DNA from: the human T2T-CHM13v2.0 reference genome, Homo sapiens
Strand: one strand, 5' to 3'
NCBI RefSeq assembly: GCF_009914755.1
Contig: NC_060927.1
DNA length: 64,000 nucleotides
The notes beneath the pieces were generated by a model, which saw nothing but the letters and a program-made list of their open reading frames with translations, had not been told where the DNA came from and did not search any database. This document shows positions 27,761 to 42,748 of the stretch, in pieces; within the stretch, counting starts at the first letter, position 1; every line of letters starts with the position of its first letter. The translations under genes and the position numbers were made by a program.

Positions 27761-30700
27761 CTAATTCATTGTTTAATGAAGTAATATGCAAATGTATCTA
27801 CAGATCCTATATACTTGGTCCAGTTAAGACAGTGTCCCAAAGTTTAGCAGTAGGGGCTTTTACCTTCTAAGCTGTTAGTCCTGAGTCTTTTCAGCATCAA
27901 ACATTTGAGACTGGATGATGTCACTTTAAGCCATTCTTGTACAAGTTCTAAGCAGCCCAACACCATCATGAATGGTACCCATTGCCCCACCCCAATGCAT
28001 TAGGCCAGAATAACTGGCCAGCACAGCTAGAAACTCTAAGGAACTTCCAAAGCCTTTTCTCCTTTCTGATCACGTGAGAAGGCATTTAGTCCTATGGTTC
28101 TGTGAATTTCTCACGTTTCTCTTAAATTCACCTTTTTGAGATATTCTAAACTCTGGTGGGCTTTCTAAAAGATCATACCAAAAATTACCATTTTGAGGCC
28201 ATTCTACAACAAAAGTGAAAAACGACTTGGACCCAAGAATCATGTCTTTTAAAAATTTCCAGCTCCACCACTGTTACCTATTATTTGCTGTTCTTCCAAG
28301 CATGATATAAGCAAACCACAAAAAAAGCTTTTGTTAGGAATCAATTTAATAGCTGAAAGGTTAATCTTAAAAAAGAAAAAAAAAGGCAGGGAAGGGAGAC
28401 ACATCAAAGAACTTATGTATTGCAACTGGCATAGGAATCACAGCGAGCTGTGAATTTGGAGAGAGTAACATCAGAAACACCAACAAAGAGTTACATGTTT
28501 ACAGGAAGAAATGAGTTGCAGAGGGAGTATAAGACACTATGGCCCCATTTTACATAGGAATCCAGTAACCATTTGTAAAATATATATATATATATGTATA
28601 CACATATTTTTAAGAGGCAGCATGTAAACTATGCTTGTGGTGCAGTTTGAAAATGAGAATTTTTTAAAGTAAAATTCTTGAAAATATTCTTTTTAACCAC
28701 ACCATTCAAAGCTTCAGTGAATATTTGATTCAGGCCCCAAACACTGTATGTTGCCAGTTTTTCTCAGCTTAAACTCTAGTGCCAAGCTGATTTTAACAAC
28801 CTCTACCTTTATAAGCAGCCTTTTCATGTATATTTACTTGAAAATGGCATCTCAGCCTCTTGTCACCTCATGTTCTCTTCCAGACCATTCACCCAGGTCA
28901 GTTTCCTGGCAGGTCCTCAACAAGCAGTTGGGGGTTCTTCGTAGACCGAGCTTGGAGTAATTATGCTCTATAATTGTGGAGTCAGGGCCTGTCTCCCAGT
29001 CAGGATTAGAAATGCCAAGTCATTTCCTGTTTTCAAATCCAAAAGAAAGATAGTGACGTCTGATACTGGTTTTCCTATGTTTCAATTATTGTGGGGCAGC
29101 CTGGAACTGCCTTTGAAGGATTCTCTTTAGAATACCTGGGTCCCAAACATGGTGCTGTACCAACACCAGAGAATACAGAACATCATCCTAGCTATCTTAT
29201 TTGATAATTCTTCAGGCTATTTCACCCAAATTGTGGCAATCTGGGTCATGCGGTATCAGAAATGTCATCTGGGGATGAACTACTTCTTGGGTGCTTTGTA
29301 GAAACAGGAGGTATATGCAGTAAAATGGGGGTGAAAGACGTTTGGCACATGTTAAAGGGTAAAGCACCTTCTTTTTAATTGTACAGATCCTTGTATTTTA
29401 CAGCACATTAAACTTTAAAAGGAAAGGTAGCAAAATTGAGCATCTGTTTTTTTCTCATATAAATTCAACTCCTAATAAATACTAAGCAGAGTTTCCTTAG
29501 ACCCAGTTGTGCGCAGATAAGCAGTTCCATACACACACAACTAATTGCAGCACTCTCTAAAGCTCACTCGACTGTCTTTTTTATTTCTCTGCCAGTGAAA
29601 CCAGCTTTTAGCAATTGGGTTTTGGGAAAGATGACATCCCAAAAAAGAACCATAGCCAAAATAAACAGGGTTAAGATGGAGAATACTACTAAAATTATTA
29701 CTGTTTATTCCATACTACAGTACTTTCCATTGTAAAGAGCATGCTGCACCTAAATTTGTCACAGTAACATGATTTTCATGCTGGAAATGAACCTGTGCAT
29801 GTCTCCCAATTTCCTGACTATGGAGGAGTAAAATATATGTTGCTGCTTATCAGTTTTTTAAATGAATTACCTTTCCATAACCACTTATTTTACTTGAAAG
29901 TGACACAAAGTCTATAACATAGTAGATACGGTTACAATATGCCTGTTACATTTTATAGTGACAGCTGTATAACTTTTAAAAAGTGAAATGTAAATGTGTC
30001 CCTTCAGGTCAACTTCTTATAGAAATGTTTATGGTATAATTTTATTCAAAGAGAAATATGAGACAGATTTTTTGGAGTGGACACACAATTCCTACCATGG
30101 AAAGAATAGAAACAGACCTGAAAAGGCTGAAAAGGTGAGTTTCTGCCCACCCCCACAGAGGTACTCTGTGCCATTCAAGCGATGACCACTGAGAACGATA
30201 GCAAGGGTCAGTTGGCCCCTTTCTCTGGTGCTTTCTTTGATTGAAAAAAATCAGTATTTTAGGTTCTATCAAGATTCTTCAGTACTTTTAAGTTAAGCAG
30301 ATTGAATTGAACCATCCATTTAGTCAATTATGTCATTGAGCAAATGATGGAAAGAGAAAGAAGACTAGAGATAAGGGAGACATATAAAAGCAATTTAAAA
30401 AAAGGGAAGAAAAGGGAAATAAAAGAAAAAAGAAAGAAGGGAAAAAAGAAAAAGGAAAGGAATAGCCATGTATTATAGATTTTTAGCTGATTTAAAAAAA
30501 ATCTGGTAAACTTACTAAAGAGCCTTCAATAATTTGAGATGGCTAGAGTGATGTGTTTGTGTGCAAATCATTTATTTGCTATTGTGTAAGTTAAAACAGT
30601 AGCCCAGCTTCCACTTCTCTTTTGTCATTGGCTGTTATTCCTGGCCATATATTTTACATGTCAACCTGCTCACCATATGTGTACATACTTATGCTTTCTT

Positions 30701-31821
30701 TGCCACTAATTGCTTCTTTTTTTGACAATACCATCTATATGTGCATAGTATATTGCTGTTTTTATCACTCTAAGCCTATTAATGCCCAGACTTATGGTTC
30801 CCAGAGGAATTAAAATTAACCAGCTCTCTAAATATTGTTCATGAGTTGGAAAACTCCTGTATTTTAGAATCTCACTTCAGTTGTTTTTAATTGGTTTGCA
30901 ATATTTCACCCTTCAGGGCTTGCCCTTAGCTTTTCAAAGTATATATTTGAAAAAATTTATGGGCGTGATATGAAAGGCAAAACTTAGGAAAAATAAACAC
31001 TTCTTTTGGACAACGACAGTGCTTACGCTATGATTTAAAAGTCCAATTTTATAGTTTGGTAGAGACTAAACTCTTATTGACTTGCCACTGACTTCTATTA
31101 TCATCAATGTGATTTTTACTTGTAAATAAACCATTCTAATGTGCTCTATGAGAAAAAAAGCACAGGACTCTACATAAAAGCAAATTCTCTTTTGTTGAAT
31201 TCCTCTTTTTAGAGCTGGAGATCCCTAACCTATCATTCATTTTTTTTTAGTTTGTCATGAAATGTTGCTGTTTATTTCTAGAATATGGAAAGAGACTTCC
31301 TTTAAATGCTTGGCTTTTGAAGAATGGTCACTTTGTATGATCCATAAAGCAAATCACTGACAAAATGTCCCTAAGTCCCAAAGAACCATTTATTGTTAAT
31401 GACAAATGCACATGCATACACACACACACCTCTCACATATGAAAACGTGTTTACTATTCCTGAAAAATAAAAAAGGAGGAATAAATAATAAAAAAGTAAA
31501 ATTTTTGAGGAATGAAAAATAACCAAATAAATGATATTTCTTATTCTTTAAAATTAAAGTGATAGACTCTATGGATAAATGAAAACATATCTAAATTAGA
31601 ACTACAGACTTCCCTGTTTCTCTGTTACTAGGGCAGAGGAAAAAGTAATTTTCTTCGCACACACAAAAAAGATAACATAATAGCAATAATATCATATTTA
31701 TGTAAAACAAGGATCGCTTATGTTTTCATTCTCTTAGTTCCCCAAATGACAAATAATTACTATCTCCCAAATCATAGGTCCTGGAATCAAACCATTTTGC
31801 TTAAAAAAAAAAAAAAAGGGA

Positions 31822-32211
31822 CAGACGCTCCTTGACTTATATGATTCAACTTACAACCTTTTTTTTTACTTTATAATGGTCCAGAAAGACACGCATTCAG
31901 TAGAAACTGGATTTTTTTGAATTCTGATCTTTTGCTGGGCTAGCTATATGTGGTACAGGGCAGCACCAGCCAGCCACAGCCTCCAGTCAGCCACATGATC
32001 ACAAGGGCACTGATGGTCTATAGTGTACTGTGTTGCCAGATGATTTGGTCCAACTGCAGGCAAATGTAAGTGTCCTGAGCACATTTAAGGTAGGTTAGGC
32101 TAAGCTAGGATATTCAGTAGGTTTGGTGCAGTAAATGCATTTTTTATTTATGCTTTCAACTTATAAAGGGCTTATTGGAACATAAACCCATCTTAAGTGG
32201 AGAAGCATCTG
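31822..32211 (-). mobile_element. MER47/Tigger5-like TcMar-Tigger non-autonomous element
   Basis: TIR-like ends cagacgctccttgactta / taagtggagaagcatctg followed by TA; internal aaggtaggttaggctaagcta. Confidence 0.8.
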
Positions 32212-33379
32212 TACTATCCAGCACATAAAACTTGGAAAGGATGCCCCCACCATGATATTTCAAAAAGCAACTCTTTCTCATAAGTAAACTTTCTCTTCGA
32301 GTGTTGCAATAGAAGTAACTAAAAATGACGTGGTTTTTAATTAATATTTGCTAAACATGAGTAAATGAATACATAAATGAATAAGGGGAGAAATAAAACC
32401 AGATAGGGTATCAATGTGAAGTCTGTAAGAGAAAAAATCTATTCTCTAATTTTTAAGTAAGTTTTTAACACCTCACATGATCTGCCATGTGTATATTGTG
32501 TATATTTCATGCATCTGACAAAAAGAAAAGCCTAGTTAGGATTTCCCAAATTTGGATGTTTTGTATACACCTCGAAGAGCCGTCATCAAAAAAGGGTCAC
32601 CCTGATTAATGATAATCAATGAATGAAAAGACTCTTTGACTGTATGTAATAGATGCTTTTCTCTGTGAATAAGTAACATATATTTATACAATAACAAGTG
32701 GCACGTTATTATTAATTGTGAATTCCAAGGTTAAGAACCTTTGACTTTGTGTGCATGACTATTGAGACACTTCAACGTGCTCAGACATTCAACAAACTCA
32801 CCACTTGCTTTCATCTGTACTGAGTCTGTCACTTGACTTTTGACCTTTCATTTGGCACTGTCCTGTCATTTCTTTGGTTTCACAAATTTTAGCTTCTTAC
32901 TTGACCTCTCAACTGTGAACTTTCACTTGACCTATGATCTCATAAATTCTGAAATCTCATACATGTAATCGAGAAACAAATAAACAAAACATCTGGATGA
33001 AGCTCTTCCTGAATTAAGTCTGAGTAGATGAAACATAGAACCAAAGGCTTCAGTAAGTAATGTAATATCCACTAGGATAATATGTAAATAGTAGAAAATA
33101 AATTTTTTGGGATTGACTAAGATACGGCAAATTATCAAAAGACTCAGCATTAGCTTCTATGAAAATATTTCTTTGGTCACATTAAAAATAACAATATACT
33201 AAGTTAGTCTGGTTAAAAATGAAATATCTTCAATGTAATACTGAAATGTATAATCTTATCCTCAAGCATGAGAGTCAGAACTCTTGTCTGAATAAGTACC
33301 AAAGGATTTCACTCAGATAAAGATTGTGTAACTCACTATAGTATTCAATATAAAATTGTTATTTTAAGAGCTAACTGAC

Positions 33380-33620
33380 CACCCTTAGTCACTCATTCTC
33401 CACTACAGTTTTATTATTTTTATAGAACTTGTCCCCGTATGAAATAATCTTCCTTTATTGATGTGCTGTCCCTCCCTACTAGAATGCATGCTTCATGAGG
33501 GCGACACATATTTCTGCTGTGCTAACTGCAATGTCTCCATCACAAAAAAAAAAAAAAAAAAAAAAAGTGGCACTTACTGTTGTTAAATGAACATATTTGT
33601 TGACTGAATAAAAGAATGAC
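33380..33620 (+). mobile_element. L2 3' end
   Basis: ctccctactagaatgcatgcttcatgagggc...atatttgttgactgaat. Confidence 0.7.
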
Positions 33621-33823
33621 TATGCTTCCCAAAAATCACTGCATACCTGAACACCAGAGCAAAAATCTAAAGTAAATATACTAGCTAACTTTAAAGTTAT
33701 ATAGTTCACCCATTTTTTAGAAGTCCCATACTATTTAACCATTTAAAATTTATCCTGGATTTTTCTATATTGGTACTTAACTTCACAAATTTTCTTACTC
33801 TTTACTATTAAGAAATTATTTTT

Positions 33824-34200
<377 letters not shown>

Positions 34201-37200
34201 TTAGCCCACAAATGCCAGCTGTAGCATGATTTAAGTCAAACCTCATGCTAATTTGAATATAGTCATGTTTCTTTCAGTAGATGTATGAACTCATATACTA
34301 GGAAACTGGTTTAAATTCACAGGAACATGCGAAGAGTTACTGAAACATGAGAGAGCATCAAGTTTGATGTTTTGCTACCTGAAATGACCACAGCAATTTT
34401 ACTCTTAGGCATAGGCAAGCTAAAATTTACAAGCCCTTCAGATTAATGTAAGGAAGACTCAAACAGGAACCATAAAACCAAACCAAAAAAACCCCACGAA
34501 CAAACCATTGAATAAAATTATTACTAAATAAAACAATTTGGAGGCAATATCTTCCAAAGGTTTAGCTAAAATATCCCCTGGACTCTCTTATAAAAGTTTG
34601 CATAAGGCATAAAGCTGATTCAGATAAACAAATCTGATTAGAAAGTCCACTTTCTCTTAAGATCTCTTATAGAATTCAACTAAGGAAATTTCAGTTTGAA
34701 TATTAAATTAAAAGTGAGTTTTCACTTTCAAAATGGTGGTAGAAAAACCACTATGAATATATACATCCACTATTTAGTCAGTTAACAAAAGATTATAAAC
34801 TAACTTACACAAAATATGTATTATGATTAATCCTATAAAATGCTAATACCAATAAACCTAGAATGTCTCATACTTATTTAAATCTTACCTGAATGTATCA
34901 CATCTTCATCATAATGAGAATCGATAATAATAGATTAACACTATATATTTTTTGAAATGCAGAATAATTCTTGCTTTTTATGGGTTCCAAAATACTTAAA
35001 GATATGTTACATGTGAACTGCTATAAAAGTAAATTTTAAATTAATCACAAAACCCTAATTTTCTGACGTCCTCAAGCAAAGTTGAGTAAATTGTTCAGTT
35101 TGGCTAAAGCTTGAGGTTCTTTCTTGTTTAATCCTTTTTTCTTAAAGGTAATCAAAATAGTCAGATATGGTACAAATCATTTTGTTGGAGGAGAATTATG
35201 CTTGTGGTTTATTTAAATAATGCAATACCAATAAGGAGAACTTTAAAGAATATTAGAGTATTTGAAATATATGGAGAAATAAAAATGGCAACAAAAATAT
35301 AAAAGAAAATTAAATACAGGAATTATTTTGTAGATACCACTGATATATTGGACATACTAACAATATAATATATTAAGAATAAAATCTAAGTAATAGCTAT
35401 CAAAAAGAAATGGCTTGAAAAGTTCACATCAAGGGAAACCTATTAACTATTTAGAAATATAAGTTAAAATATATTATAATTGAGATTCAAATAAAAAGTT
35501 CTAGACTTCCAGATGAAAATAATATGAGAACTTAAAAAGATATTTATTTTGGGGGGTGTCCTAATAAATAAACTAGCAAGCTTACCATTGCTGTGTCATA
35601 TCCTACATTAATCTATTAATGTAATCCAAGAAATTATATTTTTTTCTAAATAAGTAAAGAATAGAAACCTCAGTTACATTTTAAAAATTACAAGGAAATT
35701 AGTAACAGAAACAGTTGTAGATGCTGTAAAAAGCAATATGGAAACTTTGAGGCGAAATAGGACAGAGTACCTAATTCCATTGTGTTGATATAACAAAGCC
35801 CAGACTTAAAAATAAAAGGTTTGCTGGCTTTACTTATGCTTTAGTTGTAGAAGCTTTTTACTACAAGAATTCAACTGCTGAAGTTCATTTCCTGTCTTTA
35901 ATTCTAAACGAGCAATTTGCTGATAATTTCCTGTCTACATTTTCATAAAGTAGAAAGAACATGACTGGTTAAGCTAAATGTTTCAATAACCAAATAAACT
36001 TCAGCAAGTGTAGTTTAGGAAATTCGACAACTATCTAGAAACTGGTTTTATGATTATAGAATGTCTGAATACCATCTATCTCCCCCAAATGTTTGAAAAT
36101 ATTCTGAAGACCTTTGTGATTGCTTCTTTGACCCCCAGACAAATACAGCACCATTGCTTTGCCTCAGTGGCCCCAGAGCAATTAAAGTCAAAAGAGTATG
36201 AATCCCCTGAACTCTGAGCTGTTCCAGCATAGATGAGGAAGAAATGACCTCTAGCTGGGTTTCAGCCTCATTCCCCAACCCCCACCCTAAATCTTCATGC
36301 CTAAACCAAAATTCATTTGATGGAACTTTTTATAGACTGTGTTTTTGAATTCATGATTATCAGCATTTGGGGTTGAAATTAAAATAGGACATCACTAAAA
36401 GGGACTCGTCTAAAATCTAAATTAAGTTGTCAATTAAGGATGAAGAATGGCTTGTTATTATTGCCTTAAAATGATGTGTCCTCTTTGTCCTGTTGAGATC
36501 CCAAACATCTTCCATCTGAAATCTATTATAACTTCTGCAGAAGAGAATCTTAGGAAGTATACAGTTTCCTAAGTCTCAGAACTTAGGTCATGAAGGCTCA
36601 AAGAGGGGATGATCCATAAAGTCATGAAATGGGACAACTAAAAAACAAATGCCATTTTGTGCCTCTACCTGCCTCTAGATGCCAGCCAGTGGTAGAAAAG
36701 GAGTCAGATACTAATTATGAGGAGAGATTTTATTAGACAGATTTAAGGGGAACAGATGAGCCCAAATCCCCCTTTTTATTATCTACTGTACACTTAGCTA
36801 ATGCTTTCTCCTGTGAGAAAGGCTTAAACAGTAAGCACAAACAGCACAATGAAATTGTAATGCCCTCTCCGTGTGGACCTGGATTATTTCAGCCACCAGC
36901 AATGTGAGTAGCTGCAGGTGTTGCACTAAATAAAGTAATATAAAGTGTCTACATTGCAACAGTGGAAGTACTGTTTCAAGACCCTTGTCTGCTTTTTATT
37001 AATAGTCAGATTCCTTCCTATCAGCAGCCACAACTACCTTTACCCTATTATTAAGCAACAATATTTTGATAGGCAAAGATCTATTAAAAATCACTGTTGA
37101 TATTTTGTGACCATAGTCATTTTGGAGTTGAATAAGCGTTCAATCTTCTCACAGAAGGGGAGAACGTAAATTTGTGATTCAGGAAAAGAGGAAACCAGGG

Positions 37201-38546
37201 GTTACAAAGGTGGAGAGGCCAAGCAGAATGAAACAGACCCCCTCCATCAAGTAAAAAACTTGGCAGGATAACTAGAAACAGACCAACCCTAAATCTTAGG
37301 GTTCATGAGCTCTTAGAAACATAATTAACTGAAATAAAACTAATATTCCAGTGTTAAATTTCACCTTAACATACATCAGCAGTTACAATAACACCAGGTA
37401 TAAAGAGAATCCGAAACTATTCATTTTGTTTATGGAATGTACCTTAAGCTAGGGGGAAACATTCCTTCACATATTAGTGTAATTTCTAAAATGGAGAAAA
37501 ATTATCTACACAAAAAGAACTGTCAAGTTTACCTTACTCTATCAAGAAGCATTACTTTTGGGGAAAGTGTACTGATCACTTATTTGAAATTTCTTGTAAT
37601 TATACAGAGCACCAGATTTCCAAAGCATTTGTTCTTGAGAAAGGAACCACTAATACCCAGGAAAGAAATGTTGAACAGGAAATGTTTGACCAATGTTGCA
37701 TCACAAGATATCAAAAGAATTTCACTTTGGCTACTTCAGCGAATCAAGTCAGGACATTTTTAATTTTCTTTATAGTCTTTAAGCTTCTACAAAATAAGGT
37801 TTCCAAAAAATTGGTGATATTAAAATTTTTCTAGAAGTTTTGATACATGAAATAAAGTAAAAATCTTCTCCTAGAATGAAATGTAAAAAGTATTAGTGCT
37901 GAGAGTAGATAAACAACATTAGTGATCTGTGAATAGCATTCAGGAAATTCCATCTATCTGATGATCTGTCGGCTAACTGAGCAGTGTTTCATATGTCACC
38001 AGCTAACTAAAGCTCCCCATTGTGTTTATAGATTTCTTTTAAAGGCACTTTTAATGCCGTTTTACACATTAGGAGATAGTTAATTTAGAAGTAAATGGTA
38101 GACCACGAGAGGAGCCTTCTTCTTTTTCTTCTTTTTAAATTGATGTCCATTTGCATCTCAGCACAGCAACTCCACAAATTCCTGACTCTCAATCCTGAGA
38201 GTCCTGTCACAGGACTGCCTGCGGCAATCAGTCCTGGTTTCTTTTTGAACAAGCTTTCTTTTAACACTTAAATCCAGGGATGATTTAACAGAAAGTGTCT
38301 CAAGTCTATGAGCTACAGCCCCCTTAGACTCTACCCAAACAAAGCTACTAATGTGTGGTCAGTTTCTTGGCAACTCCACTCTCCGCTGATAACGCTCCTG
38401 CCTGCTATTCTCCAAGGAGCCGGCTGCTGGAAGACTGCTCCGAACCTCATCCCCTTGGTGCTCCTGATGCGGGCGATCCTCCGACTGCTCGGCGCCAACC
38501 ACAACATGCTACCCACCGTGAGAGAGCAGGACGCGGGCTGCTCTAG

Positions 38547-38568
38547 TCAGGACTTATCGTCTATCATA
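38547..38568 (-). CDS. Candidate coding start of an alternative terminal exon (xMIDDKS* in phase 2; YDRR* in phase 0)
   Basis: Acceptor tttattttttctgctcactcttggtttcgtcaatcAG (38569-38570); about 15 CpGs in 38385-38610; lies in an 8-kb repeat-free interval. Confidence 0.4.
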
Positions 38569-41500
38569 CTGATTGACGAAACCAAGAGTGAGCAGAAAAA
38601 ATAAACACGAACAGAGGCTGCAGTGTATGGGCCAGTCAGCTGGGAGTTTTAGTATTTGGCCTTGGTGATCCTACTCTCATGGTAGGTTATCTTTTCCTTG
38701 TGCTATCATTTATCATAACTTTGAGGGCCAGGGAGAGAAACAAACCTACAATTTTTCTATTGGTTACATTCATTAGACTGCTTGCTTTTTTTTTTTTTTC
38801 TTTTCCTTAGCACTCCTTCCTTTGCCCCCTATAATAATCCCGTCCCCTCACATAGTATTCCCTTAAGAATGGTGAAATTAAATCTAAATATAGCTCTCCC
38901 CTTTTACTCCTATTCCAGCATAGATCATTGCAAGTAATTAACCTTTGTTATTCCATCAAATCTAGAATGCAAACCTACATGCTAATTTACTTAAGTCAGA
39001 CTCAATAATAAATCTGCGTCTATAGCAGCTAAACTCAATGAAGATCCTGGATGTTGTTCAGTTATTTGGATTACTAACATCTTCTTTTTGAATAATGGCA
39101 CTTGACTTTTTCAGGCACAAACCATGTTTTGTATTGGTCTTGACAGCCACTATAAAGTACTCCCCCAAGTGTCAGTAACAAAGATGATTTGTATGTGGCT
39201 TGCAGTCTTCCAGTGTTCTAATAGCTTTCTCATTCCAACCCAGAAACATGGAACACAGGGCAGCTGGTTAAAGCTGATACAAGCATTTCTTCTCTCAGCA
39301 GGCTATTCTTGCATAACCATTTATTTTGCAGAGTTTTAAAGTGCCTGAAGGATTTAATTATGTACATAGACAACCCCTATAAACTCTATTCTAGGGTTTT
39401 TATTGACTTTTGTGCTGGGCAGCTCTTAGGCATTTCAATTAAGTGTTTTTATAAGAAAAACGACAATATTGTTAAAAAAAATTCTTTATAGATACTTCCA
39501 AACAGGTTTTTTCCCCCGTCTGATTGAATAAACTATTTAATTGACCAAAAAAATCCAGGTTAATTCAAAGTTTGGTTTTTCCACTTTGGAAAAAATAGAG
39601 CGTTTGAGTCCCAGACAGGTTTGTGAAAATGAACCTGCCAATATCAGTGAAAGAATGGGCAGAGGGAGAACAGGATTACTTCGAAACATACTCTGAAACG
39701 TCACATGGCTACCTGTTACTCCGGAGTTTACTTAAACTCATGAGGGTAAAAACCTAAATGCAAAATTTTACATGTTCCACTAAACAAGTGCAGAATAATA
39801 AATTACCAAATTCATTTGGAGCACTCGCCTGACAGGCCTAACCCTCAAAAGTCTCCAGGAGACCCCAAAGCCCCCTTTGTCTGCCTTCTTCAATTGCAGG
39901 GCTCAAGTATTTACAAGGCTTCTGCAAACCTGCCTTCATTATGATGTGGGATATTTCAGTCCCAGCAGGTGGCCAACAGGAGACCAGACCTGCCCGTGAA
40001 ATATGTAATACTTTTTCATATACTTTAACCAGAAATGTGCCCCTCCACAACTCTCCTAACTGTTCTAATTTCCCTTTCTCCTCTTAATCTCCTCAGAAAG
40101 CCATGAGCTTGCATTAAAATCTACCTAAAACATTTCACCCACAGGCAATGTAATTCTGAAACAAGCAACCAACATTTCACAGCTCTGGAGTAATAGATTA
40201 ATTTGAACCTAATGTTGCCGTCGTTTACTGCTGCAAATGTTCTGGTGTAGACATAGCCCCGAGGCATGGTGCTGTGGCATGCACAAGTTTGGGAGCCGGA
40301 GCTACAGTTGGCTTAACATCTGTGCATCACATTTGCCATGTGCCTCATTATCCTGCACCCCACTGTGCCTACCTGTCCCCCTCAGCTTCTCAGCCACAGG
40401 CGATCTAATTTTTTTCCCCTCCAACTAAGAATCTTTGTTCTCCTTCTCACTTACTAAATTTTTGAGAGACCTCTGCACCCAAGCTGTGGGGATTCGGTCC
40501 ATGTGAACAGCCCAGACCCTTTAGATTCTTAATTCTCCATTAGGAAGAGGAAAATTACAGCATTAAGTTTCTGACATGCCACCGCATAAATTGTGCCATT
40601 TGCAGAACCTACCAGAGTCTGTGACTAAACCCAGAGGCGTGTACTAAAGCATGGTGTTGTTGGTTTTGACTTTAACAAGTTTGGTCGGCTTCAATTATCT
40701 GTAAGCAAAGAAATAGTAACTTCCAACTCCAGATTTCAGAGAGATCAACAAGTAAAATCTAGTCACAGAAAGAGAAGATTGCCACACCAAAAATTAAAGC
40801 CAAGTGTCTTAAACTATTTAAGGAGTTAGCATTTCAAAGCTTATTGACACAAACAGTTGATACATACAACAACCTCACTCCATCACACACAAAAAAACAA
40901 AAACAAACAACAGCAAAAAAACGAAGGCTTTAAAAATAGATATAGTAACCAGGCCAAGCAGCTGCTTAAATTTTAATCCTGTTTTAACAATAAAAGAATC
41001 ATATGACTCCTTTATTGGTTTTCCTTTGGAAGTGTTCTGGGTGCCCATTTATGGAGAGACAGAATGAAGATTTAGCCCTACCCAAACAATTTGAAATATG
41101 CAAAACATAAATAGTATTTGTTGTTATCATTATAAAGGGGAAATATAATATTATTAATAGAAGTATCAATAATGAAATATGCGAAAAACAACAGAACAGC
41201 CACGCTAGGGTTAAATGTTGAAAAGCCACCATCCTTGCCACAAGATAGAAGAAAAATTCAAACCAGAGACATTAGCTTTAAAAAAGCCAAAGCTTTGAAT
41301 AAAGAAATTTAAAAACATTATCTTCATATTATATTTGACAAGCTGGATTTAGACATAGTCAACACATTAAAAAGGTGGCTTAGTGCTTTTCAATTGTTTA
41401 CTAGTGTGCTAGCAAAGTACTTTACTGTGGGTGGTAGAAAATTAATTAGTTTTAAATAATCATTTTTATAGAACTAATAATTTTTTTAAAAAATTCATCA

Positions 41501-42441
41501 GATTCAAACAATTTCTACAACCTATCACTCAGACTTTTAGACCCTAGTGGAGAACAAAACTGAGAGGTCTTAGGAGAGAATGTTTCTAATGCCCTCTCCA
41601 AGTAAAAATATGCTCTGTTATAGAAATAGTATTGGATTTCCACACTTCCCTACATAATCCTCAAATTCTACGCAGTACAGAGCATTGAGTCTTGCACATT
41701 TCATTATATGCTTGAATTAATTTACCCTATATGGAATGTGTTACCTTTACAATAAAAAAGTCGCTATTCATTACTGAGAGTGGACAGATGGAACATGTTC
41801 AACTTAAGACATCAATAAGAAGAGAGGGAAAAACTTATAATCTATGTGGCACAGCCTCCTCCATCTGGTAGTTCCCAGCTTGTCTGCCAAGCCTTTTTTT
41901 TCCAAATAAAAGTGAGCATTTCTCTTTAGAGTTAATGGGACATTCTTAGATATTGACCCTGATTCTGATTTACAGATATTAAGCAACCATGCAATTAAAA
42001 TATGATGTTTTCCAAAGGTAATCCATATCATAGGGGAATATTTGAGCCTAATTAGAAAACAAAAATTAGAACTACTATAATAATATTATGATAATACTAA
42101 AAGCATTATCAGATAAACAAAACAGTGTTTGATAGATTATGAAGGCAATTGAACAAGTTATTTTATTCTCTTAAAAAACACACTGTAAGCTGCATAAATA
42201 CAACATTGGGTCAGTAAGGTGGCTGGCAATCTCTAGCAGGAAGACTATATTTGCACATCCTTCCCAAGCCCTTATCTAGCAGATGACACCTGCCTGATGT
42301 GTCACTAGGTACATCCCAAACCACAACTATCATGAGATCACTTTGCTAAGATGCAGTACACAAGACTATCAGGCTTTGAAATAAGTTAAATCTTATCATA
42401 TCTTGATAAAAGTTAATTAGATTATCTCATCTATCAACTGA

Positions 42442-42748
<307 letters not shown>

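Noticed and set aside
30008-30140. Plus-strand AAG|GTGAGT donor with upstream AGs (possible antisense exon)
   Set aside because: Isolated, with no other supporting plus-strand exon; expected by chance in 64 kb
38308-38604. 98-aa plus-strand ORF over the CpG patch
   Set aside because: No recognisable homology and no plus-strand splice or promoter support; high GC leaves most frames open here, and the minus-strand acceptor explains the region better
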